Part shown: piece by piece, positions 25,325 through 37,600 of the stretch | Layout of the letters: each line of letters begins with the position of its first letter | Numbering within the stretch: the stretch's first letter is position 1 | NCBI GenBank assembly: GCA_900617105.1 | Contig: UYFQ01000373.1 | Coordinates: 62,001-126,000 of the forward strand | Direction: 5' to 3' | Source: Hydrurus foetidus | Lineage: Eukaryota | Length of the DNA: 64,000 nucleotides | Notes under the pieces: generated by a model | Seen by the model: only the letters and a program-made list of their open reading frames with translations | Databases searched by the model: none | Told to the model about the DNA's origin: nothing | Made by a program: the position numbers and the translations under genes

Positions 25325-28300
25325 TCACGATGAATTTGAAAAACATTTTCTGTGTATAATCGAAACACCATATTCCGCATAGTCAGCCTTGCTAACCCAC
25401 ATAGATTGAAAAGTCGATAATGACGCCAGTATCGATCCGCCTACATTTTCATAAATGGCGCTCAAAGGTAAATAATTTAAGTATATAATAAAATAAATAA
25501 TAAAAATAATCTTTGCGTTTGCTTCAGAAAAGTTATCTCAGGCAGGAAATATATCATGAACTGCTTATTTCACATACTTTAACTATCGAATATCCAGTGT
25601 GAAAAGAAGGACAATCAAATCATATCAATACTATGAAATGTGGTTACAATTTATCTTACCTATCCACACTGAACTCAATCTTTCAGTAGGTGCAGAAATA
25701 CGGATTTTCGTGTTTTTCGGTGAGTTTGGGTGTGTTTTTACTTCCATAAGCAATCTATCACCGAAACCAGGTAACATTGTTGTTCCACCCGAAAGAACAA
25801 TTTGTGAAAACAAAATTCGCCTTAAATCCAAATCCGTTTTCATAATCGAATTTACCAAAATATCATGCACTCCTATAAGTAAAAGAAAAAGAACTTTTTT
25901 AGTGTAATTTCAATTTTATGTTTGCAGGCATTTTTCTCGGCTTCTTGCGAGGATGATAATATCAGCAGAGAGCAATTAGGTAAACTTCACACCACATTTG
26001 ATTTACAGAATTCAGTTAAAAACGGTGATTATGAGAGTATCCAAATTTTACTCTAGCAAAAAAATTGCGAGATTGTTTTGTTTTGTTTCATCTATGATGC
26101 AAAGACATTTTATATATCTGCGACATAAATTACAAGTAGTAACCGTTCAATTTTTTCAGAAGCAAATACGGTAGTCAAGAAAAGTGTTTGATGCAAGTCT
26201 AATTTAGACGGAATATGATGTAAAATATTTACCTTTGTATTCAGATCCGATTAAGTGAGGCTGAAAAAGAATTTCAGGTGCTGTGTACGTTTCTGATGAG
26301 AGCTGAGTAGGAAAGAGGTAGTGAAAATTTGGAGGGAAATGAGGTAGTGAAGTGAGGTAGTGAAGTGAAGGGATATAGATGGGAGATATTGCTCAAGTTT
26401 CAGCGAACAGGAATACCGTTTTTCACATTCGAGAATGATCTCTGAGAACTACGATTTTCGGTCTAAATTCGTCAATATGATTCGAGATAAGCTTAAATGC
26501 TGCTGTTTTCTTGATGCTTCGACGATGGATGCATTTAGACACGAACCTCTATGGTGCTGCCGTCAGGAAGTACGTACGGGATTTTGGACTGCTGAGTTAT
26601 CCGATCTCTCTCTTCGCTCTTAGCTGTGTAAAGAAATTAACGTAGACGAAAAATGAAAAGAAAGACAAGCGGAATCTCGGGAATAAAAAAATTGGAAAAG
26701 TCAGAAATGCCTTCTATGCTCATCTCAGTCTTCCTCTCCCTTCCCTCTCTACCTCAATTCGTTCCTGACTCCCTCAATACATTTTGTACATCGTATTCTA
26801 TGTTTTGTGTTTTGTATTTTGTACCTGACGGATTGAATGACACTACGCAACACTTTTCTTTTATTTGCCTCACAACTTCCTGCTCCGCACTTGTGTTGAA
26901 ATAATATCCGCTACGTCTCAGTAGTAACTGTAGTGTAATAAAGGAACATCAAATTGTATTTTCTTGTGCTAATATTATGTAATAAATTCAATTTTCTTCA
27001 GTTAAATGTGTGTGAATTCAAGTGCATTATGAAACAATATCAAATTTAATACTTCGTCGTTTTATTAAATAATAAACATATTGTGTTAGGCAGTGAATAT
27101 GATACTATATGATGGTATATGAAATAGTGCGTACTTTCATGCATTCTGGTGTGGGGTAGTGTAGCGTGCTGATGTGATGTGTATTGCACTGATGTGCAGT
27201 TTTTGTGATTCGGTGTATTGCACTGTAGTATAGTTTATTCTGGTTTTTTGATGTGATGTGAGAATGCATACGTATGTGTGTGTCGGTACGTACGTGTGCC
27301 ATACCTGTAGTTGTTGCGTGACGTCTCTGCCTGCTAGGTCCATCCTCGTTATTGAGTGAGACAAAGAAAATCCTGAGTAAAGAAAAGAAAAGAAAACAAG
27401 AGTAGAGAATAGAAAGAGGAAAAGAGGAAAAAAGGAAAATAGGAAGTGTAAGAGGCTGTTTTAAAAGGAAAAAGAAAAGGGATTCTGTTTTGAATGTAGT
27501 GTTAAGTATATTGCGGAGAGAGACGAAAAAAACAAAAGACGAAAAGCTAAAAAATGGTGGAAAGTGAGTAAATACGGGCACTGTGCTGTACGTGCCTTCG
27601 TATACGGGAACTGTGTGTGTTACGCCGTCGCCGGAATCCAGAACTACACCGGTAGTACGGCCAGATGCATACAGAGAGAGAATTGCCTGGGAGGAAAAGG
27701 GAAGAGGGAAAAAAAGAGTGAGGGAGTGTGAGGGATGACAAAAGAGAGGGGAAAAGGGTGGTGTATGTAAAAGAGCAATGGTACTATGGGAGAGTGCGGA
27801 AGATAAAAGAGACGGAAGGGAGAGGGAGAATATGTGAAAGATGGAAGGGAAAGAAGAGAGTAGTAACAGTGAGAAACAGGGTGCCAAAATGGAGGAGGGG
27901 GCAAATAAAACAAAACAAAACAAAACAGAAGAAATGGCCTACAGAAAAAAGAAATAGTCCAGTACGACGAGATGGAACCCTGAAGAGAAAGAATTGGGAG
28001 AAAATAAGGAGGAGGTGGATTTAAGGGGGTTAAAAGGAGGGGGGAGGAGGGAGGTGAGAGGAGGAGGAGGGAGGGGGAGGAGGGAGGGCGTGCGTGTTGG
28101 TAAATATGATGATGTTTCTGTGTGGTAGTATGTGTTACATCATGTGTTTGTGAATGAATGTGCCATCATTTGTATCTTTTTCGTCTACAATATACAGAAT
28201 GCACAATTAAAGCAGATGAAAGTGCGACTACAATAATGCATTCAGTAATAGATTAGAGCCAAAAATATTAAGAACTTAATCCAAATTTTTAAGTCGTCTT

Positions 28301-29851
28301 TTTCTGCTACTTCTACTTAATTCAATCTTCGTATTTGGATTGTAATTGAACCCAAAGTCTTCAATAAAACAAATGTAACGGCAAAAATGTGTCCATTATG
28401 GAGGAGACAAAGCAAAGAAAAACTCCACATGTGTTCATAAAAAACAAACAATGCCATGAATGCCAGGAAGTTTATACACAAGATGTCATAAAAAAAATGT
28501 TTAAGTACAGCACATAAATTAACGTACGCACGGTAACGTACGTACCGGATGGTCTTCTGAGGGAACGTTGAGATTTTCTTTTGCATAGACATGAGTCCAC
28601 AGTCTTTCCATGTCAGACCAATTTTGAACAATTCCTAAGAAAAAAAAGTGTTGTATTATTTACGAATTGAAAAGGCTCAATAACAAAATTGTTCCAACGA
28701 CATAAATAGAAAAAGAAAAAAAAACTGTAGAAAAAGCAGTAATTTCTGCATTCTTCTTAGCAAACTAAACACAATATAGTGCACTTAAATATGATACATT
28801 ACGCACTGTAGTGTTTTGTCTGTTAAACCTACGCCAACCATTCAGAATTGAAAATCCCAAGATGATTTCAAATTCTTTCAGTACTTTCATAAAACATTCA
28901 AAATTGTTTATTGCGATTGTTTATTTCTATAGTATTTCTTACCGTGTTCAATTGGATGTGTCAAGAATAGTGCTCCGCGGTGCTCGTCAGCTTTTGTTCC
29001 GATCAGAACATCCGAGCCATCCAAAGCACCACCTGCGTTAGGGACATTCGTTAAGATCACTCGTTAGGAGTATTCGTAAGGAACAATAGTTCGGAAAATT
29101 CGTCAGGAACATCCATGAGAAACATTTGTCAGGGACATCAGAATACATTTCTAATTTCAAATTAATGTGATTGGGAACGATTGATTTTAGGTTCGACATG
29201 ATTGAGTAAGGCGATGACAGAAACGGTGAGGTGCTTGTAGTGGGTGAAATGAAGGGTTTGTGATGTTGATGTAGAAAGGTGTGATTTCTTTCATTGATAA
29301 GATCAAATTGAAATGTACTGAAGAGAGGATCAGAATTAATGAATATCAGAGACATCAAAAAGTGGTATCGATATTAACGAGTTTCGATTCAACTTAATTT
29401 GTTGGTATGCGTCCAGAACTGCTATGAGAAACTCTTTCTCTTGTTACTGTTACAATTTCATGTCATCAAGTGTTACTGTCTTGAAATGCCATTACTTATC
29501 ATAAGTATCAGCAGATCCATTATGATAACAGCGTGAAAAGCAAATTGAACGACTTGTGAAGCAGCAAAGTGAAACTCAGAGCCTGGCACGTATGTGCTAA
29601 TGACAGATGATGATCCATTACTTCAGTACAAACACTCTATGATATGTCGAAGTAACAAGTAAACTTTCATGAATAAAGCTATTGAGTACATGTCGCTGCC
29701 CTTATAGATCATCTAGACAAGTACCTGGCATGACCCGCTGATGTTTCACTCGGCCTATGTAGGAGCGGAATGCTACTCTGGGCTTGTCAGCTCCTGCGAA
29801 TCCTGCCTTGAGTACTCCTGTCCCGTTGTCGATAACGATAGGCTGATTCAT
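25325..29851 (-). CDS. ARP1: Actin-related protein 1 (centractin, dynactin filament subunit); one conserved exon not found in this sequence
   Basis: Exons approx. 29725-29851, 28942-29036, 28546-28634, 27596-27686, 27305-27372, 26824-26928, 26545-26624, 26232-26303, 25659-25873, 25325-25441. Motifs: '[20 protein letters not shown]', '[11 protein letters not shown]', '[24 protein letters not shown]', '[19 protein letters not shown]', '[20 protein letters not shown]'. NQP and KH.RVM are Arp1-type rather than actin-type. Confidence 0.85.
26387..26526. mobile_element. Degenerate copy of a ~142-bp TA-flanked MITE family (ARP1 intron)
   Basis: Shares 'AACAGGAATAC...CTGAGAACTACG...ATTCGTCAA.ATG.TTC...GCTGTTTT...CTTCGAC' with the copies at 46401 and 53719. 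Confidence 0.6.
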
Positions 29852-30432
29852 TTCAGCAAATTTGATTCAGATGATCACGAAAATAAAAATCTTCTGCTTT
29901 CTCCAAAGAATTCAACAGCAAACTTCCGAGGTTTCCCGCAACTGTCAAATCTATTGCAAGTTGTGCTTGAGAAAAGGATCAGAGATGAGGAAGATGCGAT
30001 TTTGAAAAAGTAACCTTTTTTCTAAGCTAGCATCTAATTTGTTTTAATTGGCATCTAATTTGAATGTGTTGGGGCTTGGAGCGAAACACGATTTGAAGTG
30101 AACGAAATATCGAGTCGATTGATTCTAGCATTGAATAATTACTCATTACAGCCGACCAAAACTGGGAGAGCCTTCAATCTATAGATTGTATGGGAAGTGT
30201 AAATCAGAATTCCAGATTGCATTGTTGTACGGATATCAAATATATGAACTTAAGACATATACCGTGGTACGCGTTGAAAAATCGATCTCGAGAATGAAAG
30301 TGTTTCAATAAAATGGATGCCTCCTCTTGCACCCTTTTAAGTCATCTTCTTTAAATAAAGATCAATGAGCGGAAAGTAGGATGTAGGATGTCCGATGCTC
30401 TTCTCATGAATGGTCTTGTAGAACCTTACTTA

Positions 30433-30835
30433 GGCCAGTTCTTATGGTACCCGAGTATGCCGACCCCGAAAGTATACCATTTTTGTAAAGTATACCTCGA
30501 AGCATACTTTCACGATTCCGGGCAATCTGCCACCGTTATGGTACTTTCACGGAAAGTAAAATAGTAAACCTGTACCGTACCTCCGGTATATCGACGATGT
30601 TGTATGTGTATAGTGTCCGGTATGCACGGTGTGCCCGGTATGGGTACTCTTTTTCGTGTCAAAGTAAACGCCGTTTACTTTGACATTTTTGGAAATGAAA
30701 AGTAAACCGTTTCTACTTTGACATTTTTCGAGGTATACTTCGTTACCATAACGGGGGGTCTTTTTGAGTTTTTTCCAAAAAGTACACATCGGTGTATACT
30801 TTTCGAGGTAAACTCGGCTGCCATAAGAACTGGCC
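30433..30835. mobile_element. PIF/Harbinger (Tourist-like) MITE, 403 bp, TTA target-site duplication
   Basis: Perfect 15-bp TIR GGCCAGTTCTTATGG / CCATAAGAACTGGCC, with further imperfect subterminal complementarity. TTA is present at 30430-32 and 30836-38. Internal repeated motifs include CGAGGTATACTT and ACTTTGACATTTTT. Confidence 0.85.
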
Positions 30836-31650
30836 TTATTACTTCTCGAAACAAAATTCCTTTCTTCACCTCCAACGTTTTCATGAATATAATTGCGAGT
30901 GTATACGATACACACATAGATAAGGTACGCACCGTACTCAGACACACATACACAACATGATAACAAAAAGTTGGCATTTATTCATACTTTACATTCTAAC
31001 AGTTGTCACGATAAAATGATATCAAAAATGACACATTCAACAAGGACAAGGTGAGCTGGAAGAAGGTAAGGGTTACGAGCGATGTCTGGTTGATCATTTA
31101 AAAAACAAAAATATGCAGGGGGATGATCAACAGCATAACGACCACGCAGGCACGAGGATAACATTGGAATCGCAATATATTCATTTCGGCCGGGCTTTCA
31201 AAACTGCCGCAAAATTTATGATATACTTTTAAAAATGCAAAAGTTGATGAATTATTTGAAATATAATCTGAGTTGAAATATGCTCGTACTTACAGTACGT
31301 GTGTGGTGGTTTGGGGTAATTTTTGAAAAATGGACGGTGGCCTGAGAAACGAATTCTTGTCGTGACGCACGGAGTGGGCGGTAACTCAAATAATTAGCTG
31401 ATACAGCAACGTCTGCGATTCACTGAAGTCTTTCTTGAATTTGCGAGTAGAGTACGTTGCACTCTTCCCATCAACAACGAGAGTCCTTCATAGTGTATGA
31501 GTAGTGATGGTCATACAAAGCGTCTGACTGCTCGATCGAGATCGTTCTAGACGTTCCGGAGTCATTGGAACAACTTCAAGTCGCTATATTGAAGTTTTCT
31601 GAGGAGCAGCTCTGTATATAAATTAGTGATCGATTTAACTCATTAAAGCA

Positions 31651-34600
31651 ATGGCACCCTCCAGATGCGTAAAGAGGATGTCTTTCTTATTGCTGCTTTC
31701 AGTCCTAATGGCGGATATTCTTATTGTCAACAGTTTCTACAGTAACACCGCGACTTTATCGAGAATGCAGTCATGCTCATCCCCGAACATTAAATCGGAA
31801 TCAGATTGCATCACCATACATAAAATGGTTCCACAAGGTGGATTAGACATCGAAGTCACTAATTTGCCCATTGAAAAGTGGTATCCAGCAGGCGACGACT
31901 TGAGTATTCCGGCTCCTCTGAATCAATTAGTCGATGTTAACTTGGAGAGACGATCCGTGATTTACGAAGTTACTCTTGGAAGAGACATTGGCATCGAAAT
32001 CGTTCAGGGCTCCTTCGGTCCTATCATTGGGCAGGTGACATTCCATCGAGCACTTGTTTCCTTCATGTTCCTATCATCCGTCTACTACGCCTTCTGTTAC
32101 ACACAATCGACTATTTCGATCACACCATTGCTCCGTTGTAATAATCAGACATTGGATAATCAAATTTAATTGTTGCATTTTTGAGTCCTATATCTACAAG
32201 TCATCCTTCCCTTCCTTTATCCACTAGAAATTAAATGTCGGTGACGAATATCTTCCTGATCATTGCAGTCACCATTTGTACCTTTTCTTTGCGACTTGTG
32301 TTTGTTAAGATTTACTCTTAATAGTTTTTGCAACTCTCTTCAATAAGGTTGCTGTCGGTTCTAAAGCTGAGCAATTAGGATTGTTAGTGGGCGACATGAT
32401 TCTGGCCACCAGTGCAACGGCAGGTATAACTATGCTAAATCGAAATCAATTGATAAAATGAAGTGAACTAGAATTGAGATGGCCATGATAGATCAACTGA
32501 TATACGTTGAGTAATAAAATTGTGTGATATTTTAGTAGAGTGTGGCTATAATGAATCGGTGAAACCAGTCACCAGCATTGAGCGTGCTAAAGATGATGAC
32601 CTGACAAGATAATTATGATGAATTGAGTAGTAAGTTGCCCGATTGTGATTACATCAATCGAGTGATGAAATAATGGGTTGTAACTGCGTTATATGATTAA
32701 TAGATGAATAGCAGCAAAACATAACATGACTTGACATGAGATTCAGCCGATAATACAAACATTTTGCGAAACGATTGAATGGTGCTTTCCAAGGATTGAA
32801 ATTAGTTAAACAGGGTTGGGTCGGATTGACAAATAGGCTGAATAATATAACTACTTAACGTGCAAGTACATGTAGTGCATTAAATAGACGCGGAGACAAA
32901 TAGATTGACCGATAGGTAGACTAGTAAGTATGCTGTGATGCTCACTTAAAGACGAGGGTCGAGTTGGAGTTAGAGTTAGACAGGTGAACTCACCAGCAGA
33001 CTTGTAGGCTGGCACACAGATAGGTGGATAGATACTTGAAAAGATGAATAAAGAGATACACAGGCGGGCAGGCAAAGATAGAGCGACAGAGCTGTATTAT
33101 CATGCCTGTGTGAGAGTATCTATTGATGAGTTGTGAAAACAACTGATGGCGTCCCACAGTCGAACCGACAGACAGACTATCAGACAGTAAGATAGAGTAG
33201 CACTGCGCACAACACTCTTCCATACAATCTAGTCATTTTCTTCCGTAGTCCTCCTCCACCGTTTTCGTTTCATCATACTTACTTATCATACTTTTTCGTG
33301 TCTCTAATATGACACTTTTTTCTATTAACAGGTGATAATATGTGGTCCCACGATTCTGATGAATCCGTGAAATCGGCGCTAAACACAAGGTACGGTTTTC
33401 CTCAATAGCGCAGATTAGTTGTTGAGAAAATTGATGTATCTTTTTATTTTCCTATATCGTTTTTTTGTGTATTCCTTATTTGCTGTTCGTTGTTCAACTA
33501 GTTATACCTTTTTTATCATTTGCATTCTCGATGAAGACCTTACTTCATCACTATGTCTAAGATAAGTCTTGTATGCGTGGACTGATACGTTTGTACGGTT
33601 TTCATTTCACAGATTTGTGATGTCACCCCAAGTCAAAATGCGATTGGAACGTACACTAGGTGCGTCAGTACGGACAGAAAATAATGCACTTTTTTATGGC
33701 AAATTTTGAAGTACTTTATTTGATAGTCTAGTCTATTTCTTCTTTTTTGTTGGCTTTTCTGCCGACTTTTTTTCATTCGATAAGAATCCATCAGCATCTG
33801 TCTTCCTCGGTTTTCTGTGGACAATTTTTTCTTTTTTTTCTACTGATTGGTCTCAGTCGTACTTGAATTAATTCCCCTCCTTTTATCACGTCATTTTTAA
33901 TCCCGTTACTCTTTTTTTAGTGACAATTATTAAAACGGTTACCAACCTTAAGTTTTTACCTATCTGAAGATTCTCTATTATTTTCCATTCACTGCGTTTG
34001 AGGTACTCACGAAGCAAACTTTAATCTTTCTCGATTATTTAGATTCAATTCCTGAAGACATTGCGCAGAACCTGAGAGTACCGTACTTAACGACCGTACG
34101 ACTAAAAAGACCCATCGGTATGCAGCACTAAATACACGCTCTTTCATGAGTACATTTTATTTTTTGATTTCATTTCGTTTTTCTATTTAAGTCTATCGAA
34201 GTAAATTGCAATTTTTTTGGAGATGAAGATAACCATACTGCTAATTTCAATTATACCGTATACACGATTAAAAACCGGATTTTCTTCCTATTGTGTTTGA
34301 CAAATATTCAAATTGTAATTAACTCATATAAACGCCACAATATTTACAAGTAACAATTATTACTTTTCATTCAATATATTTTAAGGTTGAGATAATATTG
34401 TAAGTCAATTTGCACAAACAACTCTTCTTACCTCTATATTACTTATTCACAATTGGTCCTAATGATATTTTTATCTTTCTTAGGATTGCATGTTATGGAG
34501 GGTCCTGGCAAATCTGTGTTTGTGCAATACATTAAACCGGATTTGGGAGCAGCTAAATCGAGAAGAATCCAAGTTGGTAAGTGCTTAAAAGAGGAATGAT

Positions 34601-37600
34601 AATGATTGCTTGTTTTTAGTAGTGATTAGGGAGGAGAAGTAGAGATGTAGAGAATGGTTGCGTAGACAGAGGATGAGAGAGAGGGAAGAGTCCAAGTCGG
34701 TAAGAATTTTTTAAGTAGATATGATGTTATTATTTGAGTTCATCAAGTGCTCAGAAATGGGGAAGGGGGGGGATGAAGAGAGAGAATTATTGTGCGAAAT
34801 ATAGCGAGAAATTGAGATAGAGGACGGGGGAGAGAAAAAAGAGAAAAACAACTATTCAAGCTGGTAAGTAGTTGGGAGGAAGGATGTTGATTATTTGGGT
34901 TCTAGAAGTGATGGCGCATGGGGAGACCTATTGAGAGAGAAAGAGGAGAATTCATGTTTGTGTGAAATCGAGAAGAAAGGAATGATTCTGATTGTTTGTC
35001 GTTGGAATTGTGATAGGGTGGGGTAGGGGAAACGGAAGGGGGGGAGGGGAGGGGAGTAGATTGGAGAATCGGAGAGAGAAGGATCGAAGGTGGTGAGAAG
35101 TTGAAGAATAAGGTGGTGTTGACGATAGGAATGGAGTTCGTGGTGGTGAGAACAAGGGAGAGATTGGTGTGGAGATGGAGGAATAGAGTCCATGCATAAG
35201 AGAGGGAGGGAGTCTGACTGAGAGAGTCAGCAAGACGGAAAAAGAAGAGATGCGATCACAGTAAAATTTGAAGGGATATTGGGGCACGAAATGTAGTCAT
35301 GTGAGCGATGAGTAATGTTAGGTCAGATATACAATGGACAAGAAAAGAGATAGAAAAGTTCATACATTCCGAATAACGAAAAAACGGAAAAATGAGAGAT
35401 ACATGCTATCGTCATATATTTTGTATTCCTTCTTTCTCATACTAATACACCACTTTAATCAATTTTCTTAATTTATTATCTTATAGGCGATCAAATCGTG
35501 GCAATGACTGCCAGTTGGGGGGACAGAATGTGGGAGGTAAGTTATGACGCCCTTGCATTGTACATACTCCAAAATTGAATTCCCTACTATTTCATTATTG
35601 TTGTCAATTTAATATAGCTCAGAATAATAAAAGACGTACATATTATTTCCGTTTTTTTTCATACGTATTTTCTATCTTTTCTGTCTATTTTCATTGTCAG
35701 ATTTGATTATGTCATTTTGACTATTTTGACTATTTTGAACCTTTTATGCGTAATAAATGTAGGTGAATTCTGTGGAGAGTTTCGTTGTTGGTGTGAAGTC
35801 AAGAACAGACACTCAACTGTCTTTTCAAATAAAAAGAATGGTTCCCTTGGAGGTAAATGAAAAAGTAATAGATGAAATACTTGATAATTTGACACTTCTT
35901 GTGGTTTGTTGGTTAGTTGATTGGTTAATAGGCTACCTTGTTTTTCATCAGTAAATTAAGATCCTGATTAATTACGCAGCTAAGGCAACGTATGGCCTTC
36001 AGAAATGGTATTTGATTCCATACCTTGTCTTTAAATTATTCTGTAATTATTTTCCAATTTTGTTTCTTCGTCACTGTTTCTTTTCCTACATATCTCAACA
36101 CATAATGCTGCATGATCTCTTCTCTCATCTTTTAAACATCCCACACAAAACATTCCCCCATGTGTATCTAATAATCGTAATCGCCATCTAATAATTTTAA
36201 TCGCCATCTAATAATCTCAACCATCGTCAGGTGTACACCGGCCAAGTCGCTGGCAGGCAGCAAAGGTTACTGCTGAAAAAAGAAGAATCGAGCAGAAAGT
36301 TTGCTCTATCTGCCCACCCATCATCATCCTCCTCATCCCAGACCCTAGACTTTGAAATTCCAGATTTTGATATGAATAGTATGGAGTCGGAAACGGAAGA
36401 AAAAGTAGCAAGTAGAAGTAGAGTTAATTCCGATGTCGGAAATAGAGGTCCAAGTAACTCTTTAATAGATCAGATTGACCGCATTACTGATGGGAGAGAA
36501 TTGGAAGAAATTTGGCTGAGTTTTCAAAAAAACGAAATTAAAGGTGATTTCGTAATATTTTTAATGTTTGTATTATTAGTTGTTTGTATAATGATTGATT
36601 TCGATGACTGTTATTTTGATGCTGATATTATCATTTTTACTTACATTATTACTGTTGGAACAACTGTTCACTTCAATGCATAGCTAATTTTCTATTTTCA
36701 TCACATACATTATTTTTAATATTCCAAAATATTAATACCACTAACACTAACTCAATTTATTTTTTTCATTTTTTTAACAGGAGAGAAGCTTAATCCTTTT
36801 ATGGTAAATAAGTTGATGACTACCGCACTAAAATTAGAGTTACCGGATCTAGCCATAGACATGTTTGAAGATTCGTTCGGATTTTATTTTGATCCCGATC
36901 CAGCAAAAGGTAAGAGAGTGTGGATAAGAAATGAACTTTTCGTCACTTTTCTTTGTGTCTCATTTTATAATTCATTAATGTATTAGGTGCTTCGTATTTA
37001 GTTGTCCACCTTACTAGTCACATACTTTGATAGCACATTCTATTACACTACCATTTTCGCAAAAAGATATATCATGATATAAAGACTGATGTATCCGAAT
37101 ACATTTAGATATCACACTTTATCAGTACTAAACAAGAAAAACTAACTTTTCGAGACAAAAATAATATCATTCTTACGAACCTTAACAACATAATACATAA
37201 CATAAAATTCTAATGCAGAAATAATATCATTGCTCGATCCAACCTACGAAGAAAATGACGAAGATGTTACGACCATCCGTTGGCAGTCATCTCCTGAGAT
37301 AAATCAAATGATAAAAGAGGCAGGAGAGAAAAAAGAAGTGAAAATTGCAATAGCTGAAAAAGAAACTGAAATTAATGAAACAGAAGAAGTTCAAGAGAAA
37401 GGGAAAAACAGTGAAATCGACAAGAAAAAAAAGAGAAATAGTAAATTTTTATCTCCTAATAACTTCGTATGTACGACCGCTGTCAAAGCGTATGGGCGGA
37501 AAATGCAAGTTGATAAAGCCTTGTCGATTCTGCCTTGGATGGAGGGACATAAATTAAAACCAGATACGTACTTACTCTCCTCTTTATTGTTCGTGTGCGC

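Noticed and set aside
28017..28045. Minus-strand 'PPFNP' considered as a remnant of the missing ARP1 'EAPLNP' exon
   Set aside because: It lies inside the low-complexity tract, its flanks show no actin similarity, and it has no suitable splice sites.
30547..30977. ORFs of 139, 100 and 80 aa across the Harbinger-like element, considered as a transposase
   Set aside because: No DDE or Myb-like motifs, they run past the TIR, and the element is too short to be autonomous.
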